64,000 nt of DNA, taken from contig JAGLLT010000018.1 in NCBI GenBank assembly GCA_023140385.1, positions 6,071 through 70,070 of the forward strand, in the 5' to 3' direction. Shown piece after piece: positions 9,277-19,917 of the stretch. Source of the stretch: Candidatus Omnitrophota bacterium. GTDB lineage: Bacteria; Omnitrophota; Gorgyraeia; JAGLLT01. The notes beneath the pieces are model-generated. The model saw only the letters and a list, made by a program, of their open reading frames with translations. It made no database searches and was not told the origin of the DNA. Both the position numbers and the translations under genes were made by a program. Numbering within the stretch: position 1 is the first letter of the stretch; each line of letters opens with the position of its first letter.

Positions 9277-10155
9277 ATGGGCTTAAAGATATTTTTAGAT
9301 GGTAAAATAGTTGATGAAAAGGATGCTAAAATTTCCGTTTTTGACCACGGACTATTATATGGAGATGGAGTTTTTGAAGGTATTCGTTCTTATGACTGTT
9401 TAATTTTTAAGTTAGAAGAGCACATTGAAAGGCTGTTCAGATCAGCCGAGAGTATAAGTCTTCAGATTTCAATGAGTAAAGAAGAAATCCAACAAGCCAT
9501 CATTGATACATTAAAGGCGAACGGAATAAGAGACGGGTATATCAGGCTGGTTGTAACCAGGGGAATGGGTGATTTGGGCCTTGATCCCCAAAAGTGCGAG
9601 AAGCCATCAATGTTTATAATTGCCGACCGCATCGCGCTTTACCCTGAAGAGTATTATATTAAAGGACTTAAAATTATTATAGCTAAAACAAAAAGAAACA
9701 GCGTAAAATCTTTACCGCCCAAGGTGAAGTCTTTAAACTACCTAAACAATATCCTGGCGAGGATGGAGGCTACTCAAGCCGGAGTTGTAGAGGCCTTAAT
9801 GCTAAACGAGGAGGGTTATCTCGCGGAATGTACAGGAGATAACGTCTTTATCGTTAAGGACAATGAACTTATTACTCCCGCTGTAGAGGCGGGCGCGCTG
9901 GAGGGTATTACGCGTGAGATAGTTATGGGCATAGCCCGCGATAAAGGTATTCGAACCGAAGAGAAGTTTATAAGGACAGAAGAGTTGTTTAAAGCGGATG
10001 AAGTTTTTTTGACCGGAACGGCGGCTGAGATTATTCCTGTTACCGAGGTAGATGGTAAGGTGGTAGGCAGCGGCGGCGCGGGTAAGCTAACGGTTGATTT
10101 TATAAATGAGTTTAGGAATCTGATTAAAACAGAAGGAGTTAAATATGCTTTGTGA
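9277..10155 (+). CDS. ilvE: Branched-chain amino acid aminotransferase
   Basis: DHGLLYGDGVFEGIR, KSLNYLNN, ECTGDNVF, LEGITR, FLTGTAAE; ATG 9277 follows a GAGGAG-like RBS. Confidence 0.93.
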   Translation: MGLKIFLDGKIVDEKDAKISVFDHGLLYGDGVFEGIRSYDCLIFKLEEHIERLFRSAESISLQISMSKEEIQQAIIDTLKANGIRDGYIRLVVTRGMGDLGLDPQKCEKPSMFIIADRIALYPEEYYIKGLKIIIAKTKRNSVKSLPPKVKSLNYLNNILARMEATQAGVVEALMLNEEGYLAECTGDNVFIVKDNELITPAVEAGALEGITREIVMGIARDKGIRTEEKFIRTEELFKADEVFLTGTAAEIIPVTEVDGKVVGSGGAGKLTVDFINEFRNLIKTEGVKYAL

Positions 10156-10666
10156 TATTTGTCACAAAAGAGAGGCTACCATTCACGTTACAGAAATTAT
10201 AAATAACGAAGTGCAGGAAATTCACGTCTGTGAAGAATGTGCTGAGAAAAAGGGTATGGTGACTAAGCAAAATTTTGGCCTGGCAGGTTTTCTGGGGGGG
10301 CTGGCTGATTTTGGATTTACATCGGAAGAAGAGGCCGTTAATGAAGTTGAATTAAAATGCCCCGGATGCGGCCTGACCCTTACTGATTTTAAAAAGATAG
10401 GCCGTTTGGGCTGTGACCGTTGCTATGAAACCTTCCAAAAGGCTCTATTGCCGCTTTTAAGGAAAATTCACGGTACAGCTCAACACTCCGGCAAAATGCC
10501 GGCCGGTACCGGTAAAGAACTTGAGAATGAATCCGATTTGGGGCGGCTTGAGCGGGAGTTGAAAAGAGCCATAGAAGAGGAGGAGTTTGAAGAAGCAGCT
10601 AAGATAAGGGATAAAATCAGGGATTTGAAAGAAAAGAATAAGAGAGAAAAAAAAGATGAAGCTTGA
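10145..10666 (+). CDS. mcsA: Protein-arginine kinase activator McsA
   Basis: Four CxxC motifs, GRLGC, C-terminal UVR domain (EFEEAAKIRDKI); upstream of mcsB. Confidence 0.93.
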   Translation: MLCDICHKREATIHVTEIINNEVQEIHVCEECAEKKGMVTKQNFGLAGFLGGLADFGFTSEEEAVNEVELKCPGCGLTLTDFKKIGRLGCDRCYETFQKALLPLLRKIHGTAQHSGKMPAGTGKELENESDLGRLERELKRAIEEEEFEEAAKIRDKIRDLKEKNKREKKDEA

Positions 10667-11705
10667 TGACTTGCTTAAGCAGACGAATGAATGGCTTAAA
10701 GAGACAGGGCCTGAGTGTGAAATAGTTATGAGTTCACGCGTAAGATATGCCCGCAATTTAAAAGGTATCCCCTTTTCACATTGGGCCGGCACAAAGCAGA
10801 GAAAGAAGGTTTTGTCAATAATTGAGCCGGTTTTGTTAAGGAATAGCTGCTTAAAAAATTCATTGTTTTTAAAGATGGATGAAGTAAACGCGGTTGATAA
10901 GCAGTTTTTGGTTGAACGCCATTTAATCAGCCGTGAGCTGGCTTCGGGCAATAGCTCAAAGGCCGTTAATATCAGCGAAAAGGAGATCTTCTCGTTAATG
11001 ATTAACGAAGAAGATCATCTGAGGAGTCAGGTGATGCAGTCGGGTTTTAATCTTAACGAGGCCTTCAGGTTGATTGAAAAACTTGATTTAGAGCTGGAGA
11101 AGAGTTTTGACTTTGCTTATGACCGGCGGTGGGGATATTTGACCGCCTGTCCCACGAACGTAGGAACGGGTATGCGAGCTTCCGTTATGCTTCATCTGCC
11201 GGCGCTGGTGATGACAAAACGTGTCAGAAGAATCTTAGAGAGTATTACCAAGCTGAATCTGGCCGTCAGGGGTTTGTACGGCGAAGGAAGTGAAGCCGCC
11301 GGTAATTTCTTTCAGATTTCCAATCAGGTGACCCTGGGGCGTTCCGAGCGGGAACTGATAGACGGTATCACCAGGATTATTAAGCAGATTATAAATTATG
11401 AACAAAAGGCCAGGGACTTTTTGTTTGAGGACAGTAAAAAGCAGCTTGAGGATAAGATATTCAGGGCTTATGGTATTTTGACCAATGCCCGCATTATTTC
11501 AAGTAAAGAGACTATTGATTTATTATCTCTGGCGCGCCTGGGAATTAATCTTAATATTCTGCCGGGCATTAACATAAAGACTGTAAATGAACTCTTCATC
11601 CTTATTCAACCGGCTCATATACAGAAGATAGAGGGAAGAGTTTTGGATATTGAAGAGCGGGACTTTAAAAGGGCCCAGCTTGTAAGGAAGAAGCTGAAAG
11701 CATAG
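10656..11705 (+). CDS. mcsB: Protein-arginine kinase McsB
   Basis: SSRVRYARN, INEEDHLR, GYLTACPTNVGTGMRAS, FQISNQVTLG. Confidence 0.96.
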   Translation: MKLDDLLKQTNEWLKETGPECEIVMSSRVRYARNLKGIPFSHWAGTKQRKKVLSIIEPVLLRNSCLKNSLFLKMDEVNAVDKQFLVERHLISRELASGNSSKAVNISEKEIFSLMINEEDHLRSQVMQSGFNLNEAFRLIEKLDLELEKSFDFAYDRRWGYLTACPTNVGTGMRASVMLHLPALVMTKRVRRILESITKLNLAVRGLYGEGSEAAGNFFQISNQVTLGRSERELIDGITRIIKQIINYEQKARDFLFEDSKKQLEDKIFRAYGILTNARIISSKETIDLLSLARLGINLNILPGINIKTVNELFILIQPAHIQKIEGRVLDIEERDFKRAQLVRKKLKA

Positions 11706-11726
11706 AAAAACAAAGGGGTAGTAAGC

Positions 11727-14195
11727 ATGGCTATGTTTGAAAGATTTACTGAACGGGCACGGAGAGTTATTGTCCTGGCGAAAGAAGAGGCCAGGAGGTT
11801 TAATCACGATTACATCGGTACCGAGCACATACTTTTAGGATTAATTAAAGAAGGAAGGGGTGTGGCGGCCGCCGTTTTAAAAAATCTGGGCATGAGCCTG
11901 GATAAGATTAGATTTGAAGTTGAAAAGTTGGTTAAGGCCGGCCCCTCAACCAAAATAAACGGGGATATTCCTTTTACGGCCAGGGCAAAAAGGGTAATTG
12001 AGCTGGCAATGGATGAAGCCAGGTCTTTGGGCCATAATTACGTTGGCACCGAGCATCTCCTTCTGGGGCTTATCGCGGAAGGAGAGGGTATGGCCTCACA
12101 GGTTCTTATGAATCTTGGCCTGGACTTAAACAAGGTCAGGCAGGAGGTTATGAATCTTTTGGGCTCCGCCACCCCCGGTTTCACGGGATTTAACATTAAA
12201 AAATCAAAACCCGGCTATTCTCCCAGCCCGGCAGCCGCGAAGTCTAAAACGCCGGCCCTGGATACTTTTGGCAGAGACCTGACAAAACTGGCTATGGAAA
12301 ATAAACTGGATCCTGTTATCGGCCGTGAAAAGGAGATTAATAGAGTAATTCAAATATTAAGCAGAAGAACCAAAAATAACCCGGTTCTTTTAGGGGAGGC
12401 CGGAGTAGGCAAGACGGCTATAGTTGAAGGGCTGGCTCAAAATATAATCAAAGGGGATATGCCGGAAATACTGAAAGATAAGAGAGTAATTATTCTTGAC
12501 TTGGCCCTGATGGTAGCAGGTACTAAATACCGCGGCCAGTTTGAAGAAAGAATTAAAGCTGTTCTGGATGAAATAAAAAGAGCTGAGAATGTTATTATAT
12601 TTATTGATGAACTGCATACGCTTGTCGGAGCGGGCGGGGCGGAAGGGGCTATTGATGCCTCGAATATTTTAAAACCGGCGTTAGCCAGAGGTGAGATTCA
12701 GTGCATTGGCGCTACGACACTGGATGAGTACCGTAAGAACATTGAAAAAGACGCGGCCCTTGAGAGAAGATTTCAGACAATTATGGTTGAGCCGCCAACC
12801 GTAGAGGAGACTGTCAAAATTTTAAAGGGGCTGAGAGAGCGCTATGAAGCCCACCACAGAATTAAAATTACGGATGAGGCAGTTTCCGCGGCCGCCAAAC
12901 TATCAGACAGATACGTGAGCGCCAGGTTTTTGCCGGATAAGGCCATTGACGTGATTGACGAGGCAGGCTCCAAGGCCAGGCTGTCAGCGATGACCGCTCC
13001 TTCTGATTTAAAAGAGATGGAAAGACAAATAAAAGAACTTACCGAAGAAAAAGAGCAGTTGGTTAAAAAGCAGGACTTTGAAAGAGCGGCTAAGGTAAGA
13101 GATGAAGAGCGAAAGGCAAAGGATGAGTTAGAGAAGGCCAGAAGCCGGTGGCAGGAGAAAAACGCGGAGAGAGAGGTGGAAATCGGGGAGGAGGATGTGG
13201 CCCAGATTATTGCCGGCTGGACAGGTATACCTATATCAAGGCTGGAAGAAAAGGAGACTGAACGGCTGCTTCGGATGGAGGAGGAAATCCATAAAAGAGT
13301 TATAGGCCAGAACGAAGCGGTTTCGGCTATAGCCAACGCTGTCAGGCGTTCACGCGCCGGCTTAAAAAATCCCAAACGGCCTATAGGGTCGTTTGTATTT
13401 CTTGGCCCTACCGGTGTTGGCAAGAGCCTGCTGGCCAGAGCGCTGGCTGAATTTATGTTTGGCGACGAAGAGGCCTTGATTCAACTGGATATGTCCGAAT
13501 ATATGGAAAAGTTTAACGTCTCCAGATTAGTGGGCGCCCCTCCGGGATACGTCGGCTATGAGGAGGGTGGGCAGTTAACCGAAAAAGTGAGGCGTAAACC
13601 TTACTCAGTCGTTCTTTTGGATGAAATAGAGAAGGCGCACCCCGATATCTTTAATATGCTTTTGCAGGTTTTAGAAGAAGGGAGGCTTACTGACAGCTTT
13701 GGGCGGCAGGTTGACTTCAAAAATACAATACTGCTTATGACGTCAAATCTCGGTGCCGACTTAATTAAAAAAAGCGGCTCTCTGGGTTTTAAGATTGAGA
13801 AGGAAGAGTTGGCCTATGAGGATATGAAGGACCGTTTGAATGAGGAGGTTAAGAAAACCTTTAAGCCGGAGTTTCTGAATCGCATTGATGATGTTATCGT
13901 TTTCCATCCCTTGAGCCGCCAAGACCTGAATAAGATTGTTGACATCGAATTAAACGAGGTCAAGGAGCGCCTGAAAGAGCAGGAGATAGTTATTGAAATT
14001 ACGAAGGGGGCCAAGGAGTTTCTTATAGAAAAAGGTTTTGATCCGCTATTTGGAGCCAGGCCGCTCAAAAGGACGATAGCGCGTTATTTAGAGGACCCCT
14101 TAGCTCAGGTTCTTCTAAAAGGTGAAATAGAAAAAGGACAGATAACGGCCGTAGAAGAAAAAGATGGACGTCTTATCTTTAAAAATACAACATAA
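11727..14195 (+). CDS. clpC: ATP-dependent Clp protease ATP-binding subunit ClpC
   Basis: Two Clp-N repeats, two AAA+ modules ([16 protein letters not shown]), UVR M-domain and LGF loop; follows mcsAB. Confidence 0.97.
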   Translation: MAMFERFTERARRVIVLAKEEARRFNHDYIGTEHILLGLIKEGRGVAAAVLKNLGMSLDKIRFEVEKLVKAGPSTKINGDIPFTARAKRVIELAMDEARSLGHNYVGTEHLLLGLIAEGEGMASQVLMNLGLDLNKVRQEVMNLLGSATPGFTGFNIKKSKPGYSPSPAAAKSKTPALDTFGRDLTKLAMENKLDPVIGREKEINRVIQILSRRTKNNPVLLGEAGVGKTAIVEGLAQNIIKGDMPEILKDKRVIILDLALMVAGTKYRGQFEERIKAVLDEIKRAENVIIFIDELHTLVGAGGAEGAIDASNILKPALARGEIQCIGATTLDEYRKNIEKDAALERRFQTIMVEPPTVEETVKILKGLRERYEAHHRIKITDEAVSAAAKLSDRYVSARFLPDKAIDVIDEAGSKARLSAMTAPSDLKEMERQIKELTEEKEQLVKKQDFERAAKVRDEERKAKDELEKARSRWQEKNAEREVEIGEEDVAQIIAGWTGIPISRLEEKETERLLRMEEEIHKRVIGQNEAVSAIANAVRRSRAGLKNPKRPIGSFVFLGPTGVGKSLLARALAEFMFGDEEALIQLDMSEYMEKFNVSRLVGAPPGYVGYEEGGQLTEKVRRKPYSVVLLDEIEKAHPDIFNMLLQVLEEGRLTDSFGRQVDFKNTILLMTSNLGADLIKKSGSLGFKIEKEELAYEDMKDRLNEEVKKTFKPEFLNRIDDVIVFHPLSRQDLNKIVDIELNEVKERLKEQEIVIEITKGAKEFLIEKGFDPLFGARPLKRTIARYLEDPLAQVLLKGEIEKGQITAVEEKDGRLIFKNTT

Positions 14196-14208
14196 GTAGA
14201 AATTTTTA

Positions 14209-15885
14209 ATGAAACTACTGTTCAGGGATAGGATTTTAATAAAGTTTATTTTACTTTCTCTCTTTACTCTAACTATAATTCTTTATCTGGCTTCAAAGGA
14301 GAAGGAACTACTTGATGACTTTAAGTCTTATCTCGAAATAGAGATGAGGCAGGCCTTACTGCGTGAAGTAAAGATTAGCGGCATCAGCGGCGGGATATTT
14401 ACCCCCGTTGCTTTACAAGAAGTTAAAATTACTAATAGCTTGAATAACCCGGATACCTTTTTATTTATAAAACGGGTTGAGGTTAATAAGAGGATTTGGG
14501 ATCTGTTCTTTCTTAAAAAAGGCTTGCGGGGCACCTTGGTATTAAAGGTTGAAGATGCTTCCCTGTTTATCTTTGGCGGTATGGGCCCGAGGATAAAAAA
14601 TCAGAGCGGAGTAATAACTTTAGATAAAGATAAAGAGCTTCTTAGTATTAACCTGGCCAATGAGTTTTACAGTTTTACAGGCAAGGCGGCCAATATTTAC
14701 GGCACTCCTTTTCTTGATATGAAGTTACAGATTAACTCAAACTTTGTGAAGGGGGAGATTGGCATTGAGGGCAATCCAAACCTTCCCAGCATAACGGCTG
14801 ACCTGAATTTATTTGGACTGGTCTCCGCCACTTTTAATAATCTTGTTAGAATTGATGAGGAAAAAGTTTTCTTTGATAATCTGATACTCCAGGGGCAATA
14901 TTTTACCTCCGGAGAGATTGATTTAGAAAGGGGTGAAGTTGAGTTTAGCGTAACCCTGGACAATAATGAAAAAATAAACATTAGCTTTAAATCAATAGAC
15001 AACCTTAGTTACGCGGGGCTAATTGAAGTTAGCCATCTTAAGATTAAAGACACTGATGTAGACGTTAACTGTGAAATAAAAGTGGATGTAAGCAAAGGCG
15101 CGGACGGCGCGGTAGATAAAATCAAGGGAGAACTTAACACCAGTACCTTTATCGTCAACTATGAGCCCTTTGATGATATAAGCGCCGCTTTTACCCACAC
15201 TGAAGACAGTTTCGCGATAGACTATCTGAAGATAGGGGATAGTTTTGGCCTCCGGGGGCTTGTTTCATTTGATGAGCCGGAGACTGTCGATATGTTTTTT
15301 GAGCTTAAAGATTTCACGGTGGAAAATCTTTCGAGGTTTTCTTTTGTGCCGGACAACTTTAACTTTAAATCTACGATAAATGTTGAAGCGAACGTTAAAG
15401 GTGAGCCCGCGAAGCCCCATGTTAAAATTCACCTTACGTCTACCAAGGGCAATATGAATGATATTTTGTTTGACTCTATTATGATTACCCTAGAGGGGAA
15501 TTACCCTATTTTAAAGTATAGAGATTCGCGTATAAATAGAGGTGAGGGGTATTTACCTATGGCTGGCAAGGTGGATTTCAGGAAGATAAAGGCCGGCGGC
15601 CTTTTTGAGGATACGATTATAACATCCGATGAAGAAACGATTATTTGGGAGGGGTGGGATATTACCAAAAAGCAGTATGAGAAAGAGGTGAGCCTGCGTA
15701 AGTCGGTCAAGGAGGGGATAAGCGTTTTGTATAGAGGTTATCTGAATGATGAAACGCAGGCCGCGGATGATGACCACGAGGATACGATTGAGCTGGAATA
15801 CGGGATTTTGGAAAATCAGAGTTTAAAGATGAAATTAAAAAAAGATGAGGAGTTCTTCGGGCTTGAAAATAAGATCAGGTTTTAG
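14209..15885 (+). CDS. Membrane-anchored beta-rich protein, AsmA/TamB-like (putative)
   Basis: Single N-terminal TM helix, repeated amphipathic beta-strand pattern, C-terminal FFGLENKIRF; overlaps mlaE. Confidence 0.6.
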   Translation: MKLLFRDRILIKFILLSLFTLTIILYLASKEKELLDDFKSYLEIEMRQALLREVKISGISGGIFTPVALQEVKITNSLNNPDTFLFIKRVEVNKRIWDLFFLKKGLRGTLVLKVEDASLFIFGGMGPRIKNQSGVITLDKDKELLSINLANEFYSFTGKAANIYGTPFLDMKLQINSNFVKGEIGIEGNPNLPSITADLNLFGLVSATFNNLVRIDEEKVFFDNLILQGQYFTSGEIDLERGEVEFSVTLDNNEKINISFKSIDNLSYAGLIEVSHLKIKDTDVDVNCEIKVDVSKGADGAVDKIKGELNTSTFIVNYEPFDDISAAFTHTEDSFAIDYLKIGDSFGLRGLVSFDEPETVDMFFELKDFTVENLSRFSFVPDNFNFKSTINVEANVKGEPAKPHVKIHLTSTKGNMNDILFDSIMITLEGNYPILKYRDSRINRGEGYLPMAGKVDFRKIKAGGLFEDTIITSDEETIIWEGWDITKKQYEKEVSLRKSVKEGISVLYRGYLNDETQAADDDHEDTIELEYGILENQSLKMKLKKDEEFFGLENKIRF

Positions 15886-16678
15886 AAGAAAAAATTTAGA
15901 GATTACCTTCATTCTTTTAGGCCAGAGATTTATCTCAGCCTTGTTTTATCTGGGTGGAATTTCTCTGCTCTTTTTAAGAACTCTGGCAAGCATCTTTAGG
16001 AGGTTTGTCAGGAAAAGGCAGCTGCTTGACCAGTTAAATAAGGTTGGAGTAGACAGCATACTGATTGTTTTTTTGGTAACTATATTTACGGGCATTGTTC
16101 TGGCTTTACAGAGCGCCTATGCCTTCAAGAAGTTTGATGCCGCCATTTTTATACCGGGCATGGTGGCTCTGTCAATGACCAGAGAACTGGGGCCTGTTTT
16201 GACAGCTTTGATAATCGCCGGCCGCGTGGGGGCCTCAATGACGGCTGAGATAGGTACGATGAAAGTTACCGAGCAAATTGACGCCTTAGAAAGCCTGGCA
16301 TCAGATCCCGTGAGCTTTTTGGTGGTGCCCAGATTTCTCGCTTTATTAATTGCTATGCCGCTTTTGACCATTTGCGGTGATTTTATAGGTATGCTGGGCG
16401 GTTATATGGTGGGCGTCTGGAAGCTGACCATCGGTTCGACTATGTATATAAACAAGACCTTTGAGGCGCTGGTTTACAAAGATGTATTTACGGGTTTAAT
16501 AAAGTCCGTATTTTTCGCGATGATAATTGCTATAGTTTCCTGTTATGAAGGCATGCGTACCTCGGGAGGAGCTGAGGGAGTAGGTAAGTCGACGACCGCG
16601 TCCGTCGTCGTATCTTTTGTACTAATTTTAACCTTCGACTGTTTCTTTACCGTGTTATTTTATTTTATTTTCGATTAA
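15845..16678 (+). CDS. mlaE: MlaE-family ABC permease
   Basis: RELGPVLTALIIAGRVGASMTAEIGTMKVTEQIDAL, GGAEGVG; exact start uncertain. Confidence 0.93.
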   Translation: MRSSSGLKIRSGFRRKNLEITFILLGQRFISALFYLGGISLLFLRTLASIFRRFVRKRQLLDQLNKVGVDSILIVFLVTIFTGIVLALQSAYAFKKFDAAIFIPGMVALSMTRELGPVLTALIIAGRVGASMTAEIGTMKVTEQIDALESLASDPVSFLVVPRFLALLIAMPLLTICGDFIGMLGGYMVGVWKLTIGSTMYINKTFEALVYKDVFTGLIKSVFFAMIIAIVSCYEGMRTSGGAEGVGKSTTASVVVSFVLILTFDCFFTVLFYFIFD

Positions 16679-16690
16679 GGAATAATTGCC

Positions 16691-17473
16691 GTGATAGAAA
16701 TAAGAAAACTGTGTAAATCATTTGAGAACGTGAAGGTGTTAGATAATATTTCTCTTAACATAAAAACCGGGGAGACAATGGTTATAATTGGGCGTTCAGG
16801 AGTAGGCAAGAGTGTTTTACTCAAGCATATTATAGGGATATTGGCGCCTGACTCGGGCGAGGTTATTGTTGATGGTAAAAATATCAGCCGGCTGAAGCGG
16901 GACGAGCTTAATGAAGTCAGGCTGGAAATGGGAATGCTTTTTCAGGGAGCGGCTCTTTTTGATTCAATGACGGTCGGAGAAAATGTGGGTTTTTTATTAA
17001 GAGAACATACGGATTTAGATGAAGAGGAGATAGAGAAAAGGATAAAAGAGTCTCTGGCTATTATCGGATTAAGGGGCATAGAAAGCCTTATGCCGGTTTC
17101 ATTGAGCGGCGGAATGAAAAAAAGGGTAGGCCTGGCCCGGGCTATTTGTTCAAAGAGTGTAAAGATTGTACTTTATGATGAGCCGACAACCGGCATAGAT
17201 CCCATTATGGGGGACACTATAAATAATCTCATTATTTCTTTACATGATAAATTAAAGATTACTTCTGTGGCCGTTACCCACGACATGAACAGCGCTTACA
17301 AGATTGCCGACAGGATTGCTATGCTGTATAAAGGTAAGATTATTGCCGCCGGTACTCCGGATGAAATAAGAAACATGGCAGACCCATTTGTCCGCCAGTT
17401 TATTACCGGTGCCGCGCACGGGCCGATCACCGAAGGGAAGGCTTCAAAAGAATTTATAATGAAAGAAGGTTAA
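16691..17473 (+). CDS. mlaF: MlaF-family ABC ATPase
   Basis: GRSGVGKS, LFQGAALFDSMTV, LSGGMKKRVGLAR, YDEPTTG. Confidence 0.92.
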   Translation: MIEIRKLCKSFENVKVLDNISLNIKTGETMVIIGRSGVGKSVLLKHIIGILAPDSGEVIVDGKNISRLKRDELNEVRLEMGMLFQGAALFDSMTVGENVGFLLREHTDLDEEEIEKRIKESLAIIGLRGIESLMPVSLSGGMKKRVGLARAICSKSVKIVLYDEPTTGIDPIMGDTINNLIISLHDKLKITSVAVTHDMNSAYKIADRIAMLYKGKIIAAGTPDEIRNMADPFVRQFITGAAHGPITEGKASKEFIMKEG

Positions 17474-17601
17474 TTGAGGTAATGTCAAAAGTTGTATGAA
17501 GAAATGAAGAAGAAGGGGAATAAAATAATCAAGATACGAAAAACAGGATTAAGGATTAAGACGCTCATTTCATTCGCTCTAAGGATTAAGTTAGAAGCAA
17601 G

Positions 17602-17776
17602 AGATAAGATACAAGAAACAAGATATGCCCTAACGGGCACAAGCAAGATACAATGACCAAATTCAAATGACCAAACTAATACAAGAGCAACTGTTTGATT
17701 ATTGGATATTGAAATTTGAATATTGTTTGCCTGTGCCCCGTAGGGGTATATCTTGTAACTTGGTTATTGGTTATTT
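17602..17776. repeat. Long imperfect inverted repeat with heptamer periodicity between mlaF and mlaD
   Basis: CAAGATATGCCCTAACGGGCACAAGCAA (from 17619) pairs with TTGCCTGTGCCCCGTAGGGGTATATCTTG (17727-17755); flanked by AATGACC/CAAGATA-type and TTGGTTA-type heptamers. Confidence 0.75.
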
Positions 17777-17826
17777 AAAGTTAGATATTTTTGACAATAC
17801 GTAATTTTATTAAAGGGGAGAACGTG

Positions 17827-18498
17827 ATGCCTAAAACAAATTTAGAGCTGAAGGTGGGGATATTTGTTTTGGCCGGGATGGTTATTTTTATCTGGATAGT
17901 TTTTTCAATCGGGAATTTTGATCTGGTAAATAAAGGTTATCACGTCAGAGTAAGGTTTAATGATGTGGCCGGCCTGGAAGCCGGGGCGCCGGTTGAACTG
18001 GCAGGTGTTGAAGCAGGCAGGATACGGTCTTTAAATATTGTTTATGATAAGAGGCTAAATAAGAAAATGGTAGAGCTGGGACTGTGGATTAAAGAAGGGA
18101 CGGAAATACGGAAAAATACCGCGGTCAAACTTAAGCGGCTCGGCCTGATGGGTGAGCAGTATGTTCATCTGTCGCTGGGAACCAAAGATGCCGGATTTGT
18201 TAAAGATAACGGGCTTTTATACGGGGATGACACGATTAGCATAGAGGATGTGACGGAAGAAGTATATTCCGCGACCAAAGAATTAAAAAAGGTGATGCAC
18301 TCTGTAAACGATCTGGTAGGAGATGAAGAATTTCGCCGCGACATAAAGGAAACGGCTTCCAATACGAGAAAGGCAAGCGCCAATCTGGAGGAGATGACTT
18401 CTGATATTAAAGAGCACCCGTGGAAACTTCTTGTCGCGCCCAAAGAAAACAAAGGGGATAGAAAAAAACAAGGTTATATCCTGGATGAGCGTTACTAA
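17827..18498 (+). CDS. mlaD: MCE/MlaD-family protein
   Basis: N-terminal TM (ELKVGIFVL), MCE motifs AGLEAGAPVELAGVEAG and GLMGEQYV, helical tail ending HPWKLL; RBS AAGGGGAG. Confidence 0.9.
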   Translation: MPKTNLELKVGIFVLAGMVIFIWIVFSIGNFDLVNKGYHVRVRFNDVAGLEAGAPVELAGVEAGRIRSLNIVYDKRLNKKMVELGLWIKEGTEIRKNTAVKLKRLGLMGEQYVHLSLGTKDAGFVKDNGLLYGDDTISIEDVTEEVYSATKELKKVMHSVNDLVGDEEFRRDIKETASNTRKASANLEEMTSDIKEHPWKLLVAPKENKGDRKKQGYILDERY

Positions 18499-19871
18499 TG
18501 ATTAAGATTAAAAGTGTTTATACCTGCCAGAAGTGCGGTTATCAGTCAGCTAAATGGCTGGGGAGATGTCCTGACTGCGCCCAGTGGAACAGCCTGATTG
18601 AAGAGATGCCTTTGAGCGCGGCCGTAGAGCGCGGCGGCAGGGGGGGTTCCGGGGTTTTACCGGCGCCGCTAGCGGAAATTGATGTCAGTGAGGAAAAAAG
18701 GATAAGTTCTAAGATAGCGGAGTTTGACTGTATTTTAGGAGGGGGCCTGGTCAGGGGATCAGTTGTTCTAATCGGCGGTTCTCCCGGAATAGGAAAATCT
18801 ACCTTGTTGCTGCAAATTGCTGATGAATACAGCAAGAACGGTTTAAAGGTTCTCTATGTCAGCGCCGAGGAGTCTATTAAGCAGGTAAAACTAAGGGCTG
18901 ACAGAATTGACTCTCACGGCAAAGACCTGTTTATTGTCAATCAGACCAATCTAAATACCATTACAAACTACATCAAGAAAGGGCCGGTGGATGTAGTGAT
19001 TATTGATTCGGTGCAGTCTCTTTACCGGCCGGAGTTGAGCTCTATTCCGGGCAGTGTCAGCCAGGTAAAGGAGTGCGCGGGAGAGCTTACCTGCCTGGCC
19101 AAGTCAAAAAATTTTTCTTTGTTTCTTGTAGGGCACATTACAAAAGAAGGCGCTCTCGCCGGGCCTAAGATATTAGAGCACATGGTTGATACGGTGCTTT
19201 ACTTTGAAGGGGGTGAGCACCATAATTACAGGATACTGCGCGCGGTTAAAAACAGGTTTGGCTCTACAAATGAAGTGGGTATCTTTGAGATGACGGGAGG
19301 GGGGCTGAAGGAGGTTAAGAATCCCTCGGATATCTTTGTTTCTGAGCGGCCGGATGATATTTCAGGTTCAATTATTGTGCCGGTAATGGAAGGTTCGAGG
19401 CCGATCTTAGTAGAGATACAAGCCCTGGTTTCTTATTCCGGTTATAGCCAGGCCACCAGACGGGTGACAGGCCTTGATTACAATAAGGTCAATCTTTTAA
19501 TAGCCGTCCTGGAAAAAAGAGCCAGGTTGAAACTGGCCAACAAGGATATTTTTGTTAATGTGGCCGGTGGAGTTAAAGTTGCCGAGCCCGCCTCTGATCT
19601 GGCGGTTATAATTTCTGTCGCCTCCAGCTTAAAAGACATCAAGATAAAAAGTGACACGGTTGTCTTTGGGGAGGTTGGCCTGGGCGGTGAGGTTAGGGCC
19701 GTAACCTCACCAAAAAAGAGGATAAATGAAGCAAGGAAATTAGGCTTTAAAAGGTGCATTATTCCCAGAGGTAACCTGAAAGGAATACCGCCGGAAAAGC
19801 GTTCCATAGAAGTTAAAGCGGTAAGCACCGTTTCTGAGGCGCTTAAAGAAGCCTTGAGCCTAAAAGGTTAA
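18498..19871 (+). CDS. radA: DNA repair protein RadA/Sms
   Basis: C4 zinc finger, GSPGIGKSTLL, KNRFG, Lon-like C-terminal domain. Confidence 0.97.
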   Translation: MIKIKSVYTCQKCGYQSAKWLGRCPDCAQWNSLIEEMPLSAAVERGGRGGSGVLPAPLAEIDVSEEKRISSKIAEFDCILGGGLVRGSVVLIGGSPGIGKSTLLLQIADEYSKNGLKVLYVSAEESIKQVKLRADRIDSHGKDLFIVNQTNLNTITNYIKKGPVDVVIIDSVQSLYRPELSSIPGSVSQVKECAGELTCLAKSKNFSLFLVGHITKEGALAGPKILEHMVDTVLYFEGGEHHNYRILRAVKNRFGSTNEVGIFEMTGGGLKEVKNPSDIFVSERPDDISGSIIVPVMEGSRPILVEIQALVSYSGYSQATRRVTGLDYNKVNLLIAVLEKRARLKLANKDIFVNVAGGVKVAEPASDLAVIISVASSLKDIKIKSDTVVFGEVGLGGEVRAVTSPKKRINEARKLGFKRCIIPRGNLKGIPPEKRSIEVKAVSTVSEALKEALSLKG

Positions 19872-19917
19872 AACAACCATATTTTTCATACGTAAGAAGG
19901 GAGGCTAAGATTTTATA

